A DNA stretch of 64,000 bases from Candidatus Hydrogenedentota bacterium (GTDB taxonomy: Bacteria; Hydrogenedentota; Hydrogenedentia; Hydrogenedentales; SLHB01), in assembly GCA_045863335.1 (NCBI GenBank), contig BTVY01000032.1:1-64000 (forward strand). The letters run 5' to 3'. The notes below the pieces were generated by a model that was not told the DNA's origin, made no database searches, and saw only the letters and a list, made by a program, of their open reading frames with translations. Positions 44,810 to 54,511 of this stretch are shown here, piece after piece. Each line of letters starts with the position of its first letter. Positions within the stretch are counted from its first letter, which is position 1. A program made the position numbers and the translations under genes.

Positions 44810-46432
44810 GTGGCCATCCCCATGCCAGATCAGGTTGCTGTCAATCCTACGATTCCCATGCAGACCGGTACCGCAACCTCGGAGATCGTCGTGCGCGATC
44901 CACGAACGGGGAACGTTCTCTATACGCTTCCCGAACCCTCCGATGTGGATATCGAACGTGCGTTTCAGGAAGCGCGCCAAGCCTTCGCGAAGGTCCGCGG
45001 TATGTCCGTGCGAGAGCGGTTGGACGAGACCCTCAAACTCAAACGATTCTTCCTCGACAACAAGGAGATGATCGTCGACCGCGTCGTGCAGGAAACCGGC
45101 AAGGCCCGGACCGATGCGTTGGTGTCGGAAGTGTTCACGGTGCTCGACATCATCGACTACTACGACAAACACGCCGAACGCCATCTCGCTGATGCGAAAG
45201 TGCCGACTCCGGTCATTCTCTGGCCAAAGAAATCGAAGATCTACTACGAGCCGATCGGGCCCGTTCTGATTATCTCCCCGTGGAACTATCCGCTGAACCT
45301 CGCCATGATCCCCATGATCACGGCCTTCGTAGCGGGGAACTCGATCGTCTTCAAGCCGTCCGAGTGGACGCCCCTCAAGGGACTCATCGAAGAGATCATT
45401 GAGAAGAGCGGTTTCATGAAGGATGCCGTGCAGGTCGTCTACGGCGGGAAAGAGACCGGCCGCAAACTCATCGATCAGCGTCCCGCGAAAATCCTGTTCA
45501 CGGGCAGCACCCGCGCCGGCCGCCAGATCATGGAGCAGGCCGCAAAACACCTCATCCCCGTCGAACTGGAACTGGGCGGGAAAGATCCCATGGTGGTCTT
45601 CGACGACGCCGATATCGACCGCACCGCGGCGGGTGCCGTGTGGGGCGCCATGACGAACAGCGGCCAGACTTGCACCTCCGTCGAGCGGCTTTTCGTGCAT
45701 GAACGCGTTTATCCGCAATTCGTCGAGGCATTGAAACAGAAGATTGAAAAGCTGTCCCATCCGTCACGCGATCGGGGCCGGCCCGATGCCGGCGACCTGG
45801 ATGTGGGTTCCATGACGGCCCGATTCCAAATTGAGAAGGTCGAGGATCAAGTCAACGACGCCAAGGCCAAAGGCGCCACCATACACACGGGCGGCACGCG
45901 CACCGAAGACGCCCAGGACTTTCCACCTACCTTGATCACGGACATCACCGACGAGATGAAGATCGCCCACGAGGAGACCTTTGGCCCGGTGTTGACCGTA
46001 CAGCCGTTCAAAACCGAAGACGAGGCCGTTCGTCTTGCGAACGATTCCCCGTACGGACTCAGTGCCAGCGTCTGGTCTAAAGACATTGACCGCGCCACAC
46101 GGGTTGCCCGAGCCATCGAAACGGGCAACGTTTCCATTAACAACGTGCTCGCCACACAAGGCAATTCCGCGCTGCCTTTCGGAGGGACCAAGGAGAGCGG
46201 TTTCGGCCGGTACAAAGGCCCGCACGGGCTCCATAGTTTCTCCAATATCAAAAGCATCATGATCGATTCAGGTTCGAAATACGAACCGCACTGGTTTCCG
46301 TACACGAAAGAAAAGTACTCGCTCTTCAGCAAGTTGCTGGACGCCGTGTACGACGGCGGGACCTTGTGGTTGCTCAAGACGATCCAGGTCGGCATGAAAC
46401 TCGAGGCGCACGTCAAGAAGAACAAGTTGTAG
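44810..46432 (+). CDS. NAD(P)-dependent aldehyde dehydrogenase
   Basis: ISPWNYP, KPSE, FTGS, LELGGKDP, NSGQTC (catalytic Cys), EETFGP. Confidence 0.97.
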   Translation: MAIPMPDQVAVNPTIPMQTGTATSEIVVRDPRTGNVLYTLPEPSDVDIERAFQEARQAFAKVRGMSVRERLDETLKLKRFFLDNKEMIVDRVVQETGKARTDALVSEVFTVLDIIDYYDKHAERHLADAKVPTPVILWPKKSKIYYEPIGPVLIISPWNYPLNLAMIPMITAFVAGNSIVFKPSEWTPLKGLIEEIIEKSGFMKDAVQVVYGGKETGRKLIDQRPAKILFTGSTRAGRQIMEQAAKHLIPVELELGGKDPMVVFDDADIDRTAAGAVWGAMTNSGQTCTSVERLFVHERVYPQFVEALKQKIEKLSHPSRDRGRPDAGDLDVGSMTARFQIEKVEDQVNDAKAKGATIHTGGTRTEDAQDFPPTLITDITDEMKIAHEETFGPVLTVQPFKTEDEAVRLANDSPYGLSASVWSKDIDRATRVARAIETGNVSINNVLATQGNSALPFGGTKESGFGRYKGPHGLHSFSNIKSIMIDSGSKYEPHWFPYTKEKYSLFSKLLDAVYDGGTLWLLKTIQVGMKLEAHVKKNKL

Positions 46433-46460
46433 TCCACAGCTCCAAAGGGGGGAACGCGAT

Positions 46461-47903
46461 ATGGGCAGGGGAGAGGCTCGTATCTACGATTTTGCCGTGG
46501 TTGGTTCCGGTACGTCGGGCGGCGTGCTGGCCTACTATTTGCAGAAGGCCGGTGCGCAGACCCTGCTTATCGAGGCCGGCAAACGCTACTCGGCCGGCAC
46601 CTTTCCCCGCAACGAAGCAGATTATTCGGCGCAGTTATTTTGGGGCGGAGGTATCGAGTTCGACTCCCGTTGCATGATGGGTTTTCTGCGCGGGAAATGC
46701 GTCGGCGGCGGATCGGTCGTCAACCAGGCCCTGCTCGACCGGTTTGATGACCTGGCTTGGGACGATTGGCGCGCCGCGTCGGGCATCGACTTCCTCACCG
46801 CTGACGCCATGGCCCCGCACTACGAGACGATTGAATCGGAATTGTCGCTCCAATCCATCCCCGAGGATCGCCGCAATCGCAATGCGCACCTCTTCACGCA
46901 AGGACTCGACCGACTCGGCATTGCCTGGGCTCCGCTGCGACGCGGACAAAGTCACTGTGCAACGGAGCAAGGCAACGACTGCATGGCGTGTCTCGGCGGA
47001 TGCCACCGCGACTCGAAACAAAGCACGTTGGCCACCTTCATCCCGCGCGCGGAAGCATTGGGACTCGAAGTGCTGTCCGAATTCCACGTTGGCAGAATCG
47101 AGCCAGACCGGAACGGCGTCACCATCCATGGAACCGGTCGCGACGGCAAGGAATCCCTTCGGGCAGGCGCCTGCGTGCTGGCTGCGGGGTCCTTCGGCAC
47201 CACGCATCTGCTCCTGGCCTCGGGATTCGGGAAACGTCTGCCCGCTTTGGGCAAGGGGTTCTCCATGCACCCGCAGTACATGACCTTCGCGGAATTCGAC
47301 GACCCGGTGGATGCCCACAAAGGCGCTTTCCAGTCGGTCAAGTCCGCCGACTTGGGACTCCGGAAGAAGGGGTACAAACTGGAGAACGTGTTTGCGCCGC
47401 CCGTGTCCGTCGCCATGTTGTTCGCCGGCGCAGGCGCGCCCTTGCAAGCATTCATGATGAAGTACCGCCATCTCGCGTGCGTGGAAGTAGCCGTTCGGGA
47501 TGAGGCCACCGGGGAGTTGTCCCTCGATCGGCGAGGCCGGCTGCGCGTTCGTAAGGTGTTGACAGACAATGACGAGGCCCGGCGCGACGACGGATTGTCC
47601 TTGGTGCGTAACCTTTTTGAAAGTCTGGGCGCTAAATCGATATTCCAATCGCCCCTTTACTTCGGACTACACCTGATGGGCGGCTGCGCCATCGGCGCCG
47701 ATCCCCGTTCCTCCGTTGTCGACGAAACTTTCCAAATCCACGGTGTCCCCAATCTGTACTGTGCTGACACCAGCGTGTACCCACTTGCTCCCGGAATCAA
47801 CCCGGCCTTGACTTGCATGGCGCTGTCACATAAACTGGCGGGTAATCTTTCCAAGGGCAAGAGGGAAAGGAGGGGTGCGGATGCAGGAGAAGTGTGGGTC
47901 TGA
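46461..47903 (+). CDS. GMC family FAD oxidoreductase
   Basis: VVGSGTSGG, GKCVGGGSVVN, HLMGGC, GINP.LT. Confidence 0.93.
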   Translation: MGRGEARIYDFAVVGSGTSGGVLAYYLQKAGAQTLLIEAGKRYSAGTFPRNEADYSAQLFWGGGIEFDSRCMMGFLRGKCVGGGSVVNQALLDRFDDLAWDDWRAASGIDFLTADAMAPHYETIESELSLQSIPEDRRNRNAHLFTQGLDRLGIAWAPLRRGQSHCATEQGNDCMACLGGCHRDSKQSTLATFIPRAEALGLEVLSEFHVGRIEPDRNGVTIHGTGRDGKESLRAGACVLAAGSFGTTHLLLASGFGKRLPALGKGFSMHPQYMTFAEFDDPVDAHKGAFQSVKSADLGLRKKGYKLENVFAPPVSVAMLFAGAGAPLQAFMMKYRHLACVEVAVRDEATGELSLDRRGRLRVRKVLTDNDEARRDDGLSLVRNLFESLGAKSIFQSPLYFGLHLMGGCAIGADPRSSVVDETFQIHGVPNLYCADTSVYPLAPGINPALTCMALSHKLAGNLSKGKRERRGADAGEVWV

Positions 47904-48318
47904 GTTCCTCAATCGGAGGGCATTGAGGGCGCTGGAACGGATGGGGGATCTGGTGGTGCCGAGGGTCGGAAAGCTTCCCTCATTCACCGACCTGGGGTGT
48001 ATCGAACATGTCGATTCTGTTCTCGCCTACGCCCCTCCGGAAGACAGCGCCAGTCTTCGAACCCTTCTCAACGTTCTCTACTTCGCTCCTTCATTCGTGC
48101 TCCGATTTCTTCTTCGCGCCATGGCCAATCCTGACCGGTATCCCGAGTTCCTGGCCGCCAATTTCCGCCTCATCGATATGGGCGTTCGCGGCGTGGTGCT
48201 CTCGCTCTACTACTCGGGCAAGACCGGAACCGGGTACACCGGCCAGACGCCCCACGAATTGATGGGGTACGACGTCACGCGCGTTCCGCTGGATACCATC
48301 GCCAGCGCGACGCGGTAA
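47875..48318 (+). CDS. Small protein accompanying the GMC oxidoreductase (gluconate 2-dehydrogenase subunit 3-like)
   Basis: Overlaps the GMC gene end and has the C-terminal pattern SLYYS...MGY. Confidence 0.6.
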   Translation: MRMQEKCGSEFLNRRALRALERMGDLVVPRVGKLPSFTDLGCIEHVDSVLAYAPPEDSASLRTLLNVLYFAPSFVLRFLLRAMANPDRYPEFLAANFRLIDMGVRGVVLSLYYSGKTGTGYTGQTPHELMGYDVTRVPLDTIASATR

Positions 48319-48401
48319 CTCGCGCAAAGCGGGCGTTCGGTTCCGGGTAAACCTAGCCACCGTGCATCCTTTGCGCCTCGTCGGGTATACTACTCCCTAT
48401 C

Positions 48402-50009
48402 ATGAATGGAGCCGACACGCTCGCCGGGCGACAGCAATCCTCAACCACTTCGGAAGTTCCCATGCGTTGGGCCGCGTCCTTCGCGCTGGGGTGCATCGTG
48501 TTTATCTCGGGTGGCGCGGTGATGATCTATGAGTTCCTCGCGGTCCGCATCCTTCAACGCTTCGTCGGCGGCACCCTCGACGTCTGGGGCGCTGAGATCT
48601 CCATTTGCCTCGCCGGTCTAGCGCTCGGCTATTCACTCGGCGGCTATATCGCCGACCGGACCCGGGCCTGGTATCCCCTGGGCATCGTGCTCATCATCGC
48701 GGGCGCGACGGCCGTATTCATGGAGCCGCTGGCGTTTCTTGTCGACGAGTATCTGCCGAAATCCGGCGAGATGGTCGCATGGTGGGAGCCTTTGTTCTAC
48801 GCCGGCGTGTGTACGTTCATTCCGCTACTTGCGTTGGGGACCGTCATGCCGCAGGCCATTCGCCTCGCCGTGTCGAGCCTGGAACGTGTGGGCTCCAGCG
48901 CGGGCTGGGTCGCTACTGTCTCCACGTCGGGGAGTATCTGCGGCGCGCTCCTGGCCGCCATGACTTTCATCCCCTGGGGGGTTCGCGAATCCATCTATGC
49001 GACCTCGGCGGTGCTGGCTCTTACCGGCCTCGCGATTATCGTCGTGGCGGGTATTCGCCGCGGTCGTCTCACATCCGCGGCATTGTTTCTGGCCCTGGTT
49101 CCCGCAGCGCATGCGGAAACCATATTCGAGAATTACAGCGCGTACCATCACATCCTCGTGCGCGACGAGGGCAACGAACGTCAGCTCCTCTTCGACGACT
49201 CGGCACAGACGACCATGGACCTCCGCGATCCTTATGCGGGCGGTTTTGAATACACCGAGTACTTTCATCTGCCTATGGTGTTGGACCCCACCATCGACCG
49301 CGTGTTGTTTGTCGGCTTGGGCGGGGGCACGGGGCCCAAGGTGTTCTTGCGTCACTATCCCGACGTGAAAATCGAGGCCGTCGAAATCGATCCGGAAGTC
49401 GTGAAGGTCGCCAAGCGCTTTTTTGAAGTGCCCGAAGACCCGCGGCTCCGCATCGTGACGACCGACGGCCGCACCTTCCTGCAGCGGACCCGCACGGTCT
49501 ACGGCGCGATCGTGATGGACGCCTACGGTTCCGGCCCGAACGGTGCCTATCTGCCGTACCATCTTGCGACCATTGAGTTCTTCCGCACGGCCTACGAGCA
49601 CATCGAAAACGGCGGCAGCCTCGTCTACAACATCATGGGCACCTACGGCGGCCAGAACGACGACATCGTCCGCGGCATCCTCGCGACCCTGGAACAGGTG
49701 TTCCAGCAGGTCTACGTGTTCGAGGCGAAATCCAGCTACAACACCGTCTTTGTCGCGCAGAAGATCGTTGAGGCCGCCCTCGCCGAGAACCGCACCCGCG
49801 ACGGCACGCCCTGGCCGAAGGGGCCCTGGCTCGCCCACCCCGCGGATTTCGCGCAACTCGTCACCCAACTCGAGCAGCAGGGCCAGTACATCCCGCCGAA
49901 TTTCGCCCAGCGGCTGACGCAAGTTTCCGACGTGCTCGCCGCGCCCCGCACTGGCACCGTCTACACCGACAATAACGCGCCCGTGGACCTTGCTCCCGAT
50001 CGGCGGTAG
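48402..50009 (+). CDS. Fused membrane domain/spermidine synthase-like methyltransferase
   Basis: N-terminal TM bundle, VLFVGLGGG, VEIDPEV, DGR.FL, IVMDAY, YTDNNAPVD. Confidence 0.92.
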   Translation: MNGADTLAGRQQSSTTSEVPMRWAASFALGCIVFISGGAVMIYEFLAVRILQRFVGGTLDVWGAEISICLAGLALGYSLGGYIADRTRAWYPLGIVLIIAGATAVFMEPLAFLVDEYLPKSGEMVAWWEPLFYAGVCTFIPLLALGTVMPQAIRLAVSSLERVGSSAGWVATVSTSGSICGALLAAMTFIPWGVRESIYATSAVLALTGLAIIVVAGIRRGRLTSAALFLALVPAAHAETIFENYSAYHHILVRDEGNERQLLFDDSAQTTMDLRDPYAGGFEYTEYFHLPMVLDPTIDRVLFVGLGGGTGPKVFLRHYPDVKIEAVEIDPEVVKVAKRFFEVPEDPRLRIVTTDGRTFLQRTRTVYGAIVMDAYGSGPNGAYLPYHLATIEFFRTAYEHIENGGSLVYNIMGTYGGQNDDIVRGILATLEQVFQQVYVFEAKSSYNTVFVAQKIVEAALAENRTRDGTPWPKGPWLAHPADFAQLVTQLEQQGQYIPPNFAQRLTQVSDVLAAPRTGTVYTDNNAPVDLAPDRR

Positions 50010-50024
50010 GTGCGGCGCCGTACC

Positions 50025-50057
50025 GAATGATGAATGCGGAGTGATGAATGATGAATG
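50025..50057 (+). repeat. Heptamer tandem repeat (GAATGAT-type)
   Basis: GAATGATGAATGCGGAGTGATGAATGATGAATG. Confidence 0.7.
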
Positions 50058-50104
50058 GGCGCTGGTTTCCGTGTCCCTGCGATCAGAATTAAGAGGATAT
50101 TACT

Positions 50105-51625
50105 ATGCGCATTGGTGTTGCAGTGGCCTTGGTGGTAATCGGCGCGACTTGGGCGATGGCCGATACCGAGGTCGTCGTGAATGTGGATCGCGGCGAAGAT
50201 AGGGGGCAGAACTTTGGATCCCTTTTCGAGGCGCGAACGACCGACGGGAAATTCGTCGTGGGCGCCGGATTTGCCGGAGCCTACAACACGCGGTTCCGGC
50301 ACGACCGGCACACGGCGCACTTCTTCGTGCGTCCGACGGATGCAACGCGCGATCTCAAAGTCACGCGGACATCCCGGCCCAACGACCTCGCGGGCACCTA
50401 TCTCTTCGATTTCGAGGGGCAGGTGTACGCCGCCGATCCCGACCTGCGCGTCTGGCGCGAATCGGATGCGACCTGGCAGCCGAGCCCCGACCGCAGCCGC
50501 GTGGACACGCGCGTCGGGCGGCACCTGTTGTCCTTTGACGGCAGCACGGTGATTCTCGACGGCGAGACCGTGCTCGAAGCGCCTGCCGAAGGCAACTACA
50601 CCGGATTCTATTATGCGCAGGGCTATCTTGTTTTCTACCACATCCATCGTCCCGGCGACGGTGGGTACCGCGACTACACGACTGACGCGGAAGGCTACTC
50701 CAAGCTGATCGCCTGTCCGTGGAAACCCGGTGACGGGCCGGTCGATCTCGCGAAAGCGACGGTCGAGACGGTTCCGGTGGTCGGAGAGTTTCCCTACGCC
50801 TACGGCCAGCTTGGCGATCAGGTAATCTCCTGTTCCAACATCGGCGGCGTCTACGCGCTGCGCGATGGCCAATGGCGCACGCTGGTCGAAGGGAGCATGG
50901 AGTACAGCTACCAGGTCTACGCGGGCTTCACGTATTACGACCAACTCCTGCTCGGGCAATATCCCAGCGGCGATCTGTTTTCTTTCGACGGCGAAACGGT
51001 GACGCAGATCGAGGGTTGGCCACCGGTGATGGACGGCGTCAGCACGAGTTCGCGCGAGGCGCAGACCATCGTGGTTTATGGCGGCGACCTCTATGTGGGC
51101 GTGTGGCCCTGGGGCGAAGTGTGGCGGTACCAGCGCGACACCGATACGTGGACCCTCGCCCGGCGCATGTTCACTCACCCCGAACCGACCAACGCGACGT
51201 TGCACCCCTATGAGGACGAAACCCGCGCGTTGGGCGGCGTGGCCAACCAGTGGGGCCAACGCGTGACCAGCATGGTCCCAGTGAACGATACCCTGTTCGT
51301 TTCCACGTCGGCCAAGTGGCCCTGCGAGTGGGAGCCGAAGTTCGGCTACCTCGGCAGCGAAGCCTGGAAAGAGTACGGCACCGTCACCCACCTGCGCGTC
51401 CCCGGCCACCTCAGCGCGCCCGTGGCTTGGACCGACGGCGCGACCGAACTGCGGTTCACCATCACCGGCGATGACCTCCGCATCGCGCAGGACGGCAAAG
51501 ACCTCGGCGCCGCGAAGCTCGACGGTCTATCCGTCGGCCCCCTCGCCGAACCGACCTGGGGCAACGGCGTCTATGGCGTCTTCACGGGGACTAGCGTGAC
51601 GGGGACCTTGAGCGGGACGGAGTAA
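50105..51625 (+). CDS. Hypothetical secreted protein (beta-propeller-like)
   Basis: Signal peptide and repeated Y.G.LY.G..P.G.V.RY units. Confidence 0.75.
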   Translation: MRIGVAVALVVIGATWAMADTEVVVNVDRGEDRGQNFGSLFEARTTDGKFVVGAGFAGAYNTRFRHDRHTAHFFVRPTDATRDLKVTRTSRPNDLAGTYLFDFEGQVYAADPDLRVWRESDATWQPSPDRSRVDTRVGRHLLSFDGSTVILDGETVLEAPAEGNYTGFYYAQGYLVFYHIHRPGDGGYRDYTTDAEGYSKLIACPWKPGDGPVDLAKATVETVPVVGEFPYAYGQLGDQVISCSNIGGVYALRDGQWRTLVEGSMEYSYQVYAGFTYYDQLLLGQYPSGDLFSFDGETVTQIEGWPPVMDGVSTSSREAQTIVVYGGDLYVGVWPWGEVWRYQRDTDTWTLARRMFTHPEPTNATLHPYEDETRALGGVANQWGQRVTSMVPVNDTLFVSTSAKWPCEWEPKFGYLGSEAWKEYGTVTHLRVPGHLSAPVAWTDGATELRFTITGDDLRIAQDGKDLGAAKLDGLSVGPLAEPTWGNGVYGVFTGTSVTGTLSGTE

Positions 51626-51658
51626 CCGGGGGGGCGACTTTGCCCCAGCGCGGCAACC

Positions 51659-51715
51659 AAATCCGAAATTCGAAGCACGAAATCCGAAACAAATCCCAAT
51701 GCTCCAAATCCGAAA
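51659..51715 (+). repeat. Heptamer-based AAATCCG repeat, with related copies at ~15623-15663 and (reverse) ~62359-62383
   Basis: AAATCCGAAATTCGAAGCACGAAATCCGAAACAAATCC. Confidence 0.75.
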
Positions 51716-51795
51716 AACAATCATGGGGATTCCTTAGGTAACAGTGCCTTGGCTCCGTCGGCAGTGACTGCTCGGAAATGTGGAAGTGGCGTTTT

Positions 51796-51868
51796 GCCGC
51801 GAAGGAACGCAAAGTACGCGAGAGAAAGAACGTCGCGGCCTTTTGCGGTCTTTGCGTTCTTTTGTGGC
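51796..51868 (+). repeat. ~75-bp palindromic repeat, copy 1 of 4
   Basis: GCCGCGAAGGAACGCAAAG...CTTTGCGTTCTTTTGTGGC. Confidence 0.92.
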
Positions 51869-51944
51869 TGAGAGGCGCCAACGAAGACGGCGGAATACCG
51901 CGTAATGCGTGGTCTGTCCCGAAAGGCGCTTGGTAAGTCTCGTT

Positions 51945-52142
51945 TCAATCTTCTTCAATGGTGCTGAGGATCTGCTTGACCATTTTGGGGTGAAGATCCT
52001 TGCCGGCGTGAAAGGGGACAACGCAACGCCGTGAACCCTTGCGGTAGATGCGGTGGCTGCCGCGAGTGCGGACCAGTTCGAAGCCGGCTTTGAGGAGTAC
52101 GGCTTCCGCCTCCGGCGCGGTGAGTCTGGGAGCCTTTGGCAC
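51945..52142 (-). CDS. hicA: HicA family toxin
   Basis: LLKAGFELVRTRGSHRIY....VVPFH..KDL....VKQIL. Confidence 0.95.
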   Translation of the reverse strand: MPKAPRLTAPEAEAVLLKAGFELVRTRGSHRIYRKGSRRCVVPFHAGKDLHPKMVKQILSTIEED

Positions 52143-52145
52143 GCG

Positions 52146-52361
52146 CTACACCTCAACGGCGACGGTAATGACTTCCTTGCTGAGATAGGCCGACCGCTCT
52201 TCAACATCGAGCGTTTCCAAATACAACTGGGCCGCTTCGCGCGCGTTGGCCAAGGCTTCCTCGAAGGTGTCTCCCTGCGTGTGGCAGCCCGGCAGGTCGG
52301 GACAGTACGCGAAGTAGCCGTGGTCGTCGCGTTCGATCACGACATTTACCTTTGTGGACAT
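52146..52361 (-). CDS. hicB: HicB family antitoxin (short, no DNA-binding domain)
   Basis: GYFAYCPDLPGCHTQGDTFEEALANAREAAQLYLE. Confidence 0.95.
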   Translation of the reverse strand: MSTKVNVVIERDDHGYFAYCPDLPGCHTQGDTFEEALANAREAAQLYLETLDVEERSAYLSKEVITVAVEV

Positions 52362-52446
52362 TTGTGGGTTCCTCGTTCATGTGCTGCGGATCGCGTAATC
52401 TCATTGAAGTATACCTGACTCCCGGGAATCCTGGAAATACCGTTTT

Positions 52447-52785
52447 GCCGCGAAGGAACGCAAAAGAACGCGAGAGAAAGAATGTCGTGTCCTTTTTGCG
52501 GTCTTTGCGTTCTCTTGTGGCTGAGATGTTGGATTCTCTGTATCGGGTAGAGCCGTGAAGACCCCCCTCTAGCTCCCCCCGTGGACGGGGGGGAGAATTT
52601 TTGCTCTCTTTGTGGCAACGATTGAGCTGGCAGCCCGCGGTAAATGACCTGTAGCGCCCGGTTTCCATGCCGGGCGTAACTTGGAGATACAGATTTCCGG
52701 GTAAAACCACGCCCGCCATGGAAGGCGGGACGCTACAAATTGCCACGTTTGGAGTTTTGCCATGGGCTGCTGGATGCTCGATATG
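52447..52785 (+). repeat. ~340-bp duplicated non-coding block, copy A (starts with palindromic repeat copy 2, 52447-52521)
   Basis: Near-identical to 54512-54850. Confidence 0.95.
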
Positions 52786-53132
52786 GGAAATCCGGGACGC
52801 AGGGATCTTACTCCCTCCCCGTCCACGGGGAGGGGTGGGGAGGGGGTCTTCGATCCCAAATCGCCGCTGTTGGTTTGCGTTGGTTTTGCGTAAGAACATA
52901 CGGGGTAGCAGGTTGTTCTCGAACCGCGTCGGGCGAGAGAGCGATATCGACATCTGGGGGTGTACCCTCTCTTTTTTGACGATTCAAGGGGGGGTGATCC
53001 CGATTGCGGATTGTCGATTGCGGATCGCGGATTGATTTTGGTTGGTATGCGTGGTGTTCATGGGCGGAGTACTCCCTATGGATATTGCGCGGGGTGTTGC
53101 ACTGCCATCGACTGGTATGCCGGTGAAAACCG

Positions 53133-53447
53133 TCATTTGTCCTGTTCGCGCTCTTGTAGCAAGTGCCGTCGCAGGAGCCGCTCGGAACGCATGATGTGGA
53201 GAATGTACACGTCGTGCTTCTCGACCCGGTAGAAGATCCGGCAAGGCGCGACGACGATCTCTCGATAGTGTGTCCGTGTCAGTTCGGGCGGCCGCTTGCC
53301 GGATTTCGGATGGGGGCGGAGCCGCTCCACCTTGCCAAACACTTTCGCGACGAAACGTGACGCGGCCTGGGGGTTGTCCAGGGCAATGTACTCGGCGATT
53401 TCGTCCAGATCAGCCAGCGCGGGCTCGGTCCAGATCAGGCGAGCCAT
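53133..53447 (-). CDS. RelE/ParE family toxin
   Basis: LIWTEPALADLDEIAEYIALDNPQAA...RIFYRV...ILHIMR. Confidence 0.94.
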   Translation of the reverse strand: MARLIWTEPALADLDEIAEYIALDNPQAASRFVAKVFGKVERLRPHPKSGKRPPELTRTHYREIVVAPCRIFYRVEKHDVYILHIMRSERLLRRHLLQEREQDK

Positions 53448-53692
53448 TTCTTCATCTTGTCTCGGGCTTCGGCGTGGGAGAAGGTGCGCCCTTCGAGGAT
53501 GGCGCGCTCCCCGCGCGCAATTCCCTCGAGGATCTGGAGCCGGTGTTGCATGAACTCATAGGAGTCCACATCGACCAGGTAGGCCGCGGGTTTGCCGTGT
53601 TCCGTGATGAGAACCGGCTCCCCGGAGTCACGGAGATCAGCGAGGAGGCGCGTCGCCTGCCGCTTCAGCGTGGTAACGAGTTCGGTCTTCAT
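53435..53692 (-). CDS. Phd/YefM family antitoxin
   Basis: MKTELVTTLKRQATRLL...EPVLITEHGKPAAYLVD. Confidence 0.93.
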   Translation of the reverse strand: MKTELVTTLKRQATRLLADLRDSGEPVLITEHGKPAAYLVDVDSYEFMQHRLQILEGIARGERAILEGRTFSHAEARDKMKKWLA

Positions 53693-53698
53693 AAACAA

Positions 53699-53727
53699 AT
53701 GATACTTTAGTGATACTTTTGCGTCAA
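53699..53727 (-). promoter_or_regulatory. sigma70 promoter with an overlapping direct-repeat operator, likely giving a leaderless mRNA
   Basis: TTGACG-17 nt-TATCAT-6 nt-ATG, with TGATACTTT present twice across the spacer and -10. Confidence 0.7.
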
Positions 53728-53750
53728 GCATCCACGATGTGAAGCGTTTT

Positions 53751-53804
53751 GCCGCGAAGGAACGCAGAGAACGCGAGAGAATGAATGTCGGGGCCTTTTT
53801 CGGC
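53751..53804 (+). repeat. Palindromic repeat copy 3 (right arm partly deleted)
   Basis: GCCGCGAAGGAACGCAGAGAACGCGAGAGAATGAATGTCG..CCTTTTTCGGC. Confidence 0.88.
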
Positions 53805-53918
53805 TGAATAGCGTTATGGCCACAATCGAGGAGTGTTCCCCGGGAAAGAGATTCGGTACTGGGAAGAATATGATATCCTTTGTAGTGAGGAATTTAGAGC
53901 GAGCGAGCCAGGAGATCG

Positions 53919-54158
53919 ATGATGCCTATGACGGTGAAACAACTCGAAGCTGAAGCGCTGCAGTTGCCGGAACAGGCGCGGGCGGAATTGCTGGGGCGGC
54001 TGATGCGCAGCCTCGTGGATACGCCTTCAATGGATCGGGACGTGCTGGACGCCTGGGCAGAGGAGGCGGTCCGTCGCGATGAAGAGATGGATTCGGGCTC
54101 GGTCGTTGGGATCCCTGCGGACGAGGTCTTTGCCGAACTGAGAAACCGGGAGAAATGA
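53919..54158 (+). CDS. Addiction module antitoxin component
   Basis: ALQLP...RAEL...L..SL....AWAEEAVRR.......IPADEVF. Confidence 0.9.
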   Translation: MMPMTVKQLEAEALQLPEQARAELLGRLMRSLVDTPSMDRDVLDAWAEEAVRRDEEMDSGSVVGIPADEVFAELRNREK

Positions 54159-54451
54159 CGAGGGCTATCTTCCATCCCGCCGCGCGCCGGGAACTCGAAG
54201 AGACGGTCGATCGTTACGATACGGAAGAGCAAGGATTAGGAAGAGAATTCCGCGAGGAAGTTCAGCGCGTGCTTGAACTCCTGGTCCTGTTTCCCCGGCT
54301 CGGGCAGCCCGTTCGTGGGAACATACGGCGGGCGGTGTTATCGCGCTTCCCCTACCAAGATTACTACCGGCTCCTGGACTCAGGGGACCTCCGCGTTCTG
54401 GCGGTGGCGCACCACCGTCGCAAGCCCGAGTATTGGGTTGCCCGGCAATAG
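54155..54451 (+). CDS. RelE/ParE family toxin
   Basis: FHPAARREL...Y.....GLG.EF...RR..LSRFPY...LAVAHHRRKPEYW. Confidence 0.92.
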   Translation: MTRAIFHPAARRELEETVDRYDTEEQGLGREFREEVQRVLELLVLFPRLGQPVRGNIRRAVLSRFPYQDYYRLLDSGDLRVLAVAHHRRKPEYWVARQ

Positions 54452-54458
54452 CGCCTGG

Positions 54459-54502
54459 GATTGCGGCATTCACTTTGGTGGACATTTGCGGTACTCGTTC
54501 GG
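54459..54502 (-). pseudogene. 5' stub of a second hicB copy
   Basis: GAACGAGTACCGCAA-ATG (54485) reads MSTKVNAAI, versus the intact hicB GAACGAGGAACCCACAA-ATG MSTKVNVVI. Confidence 0.7.
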
Positions 54503-54511
54503 TCGCGTTAT

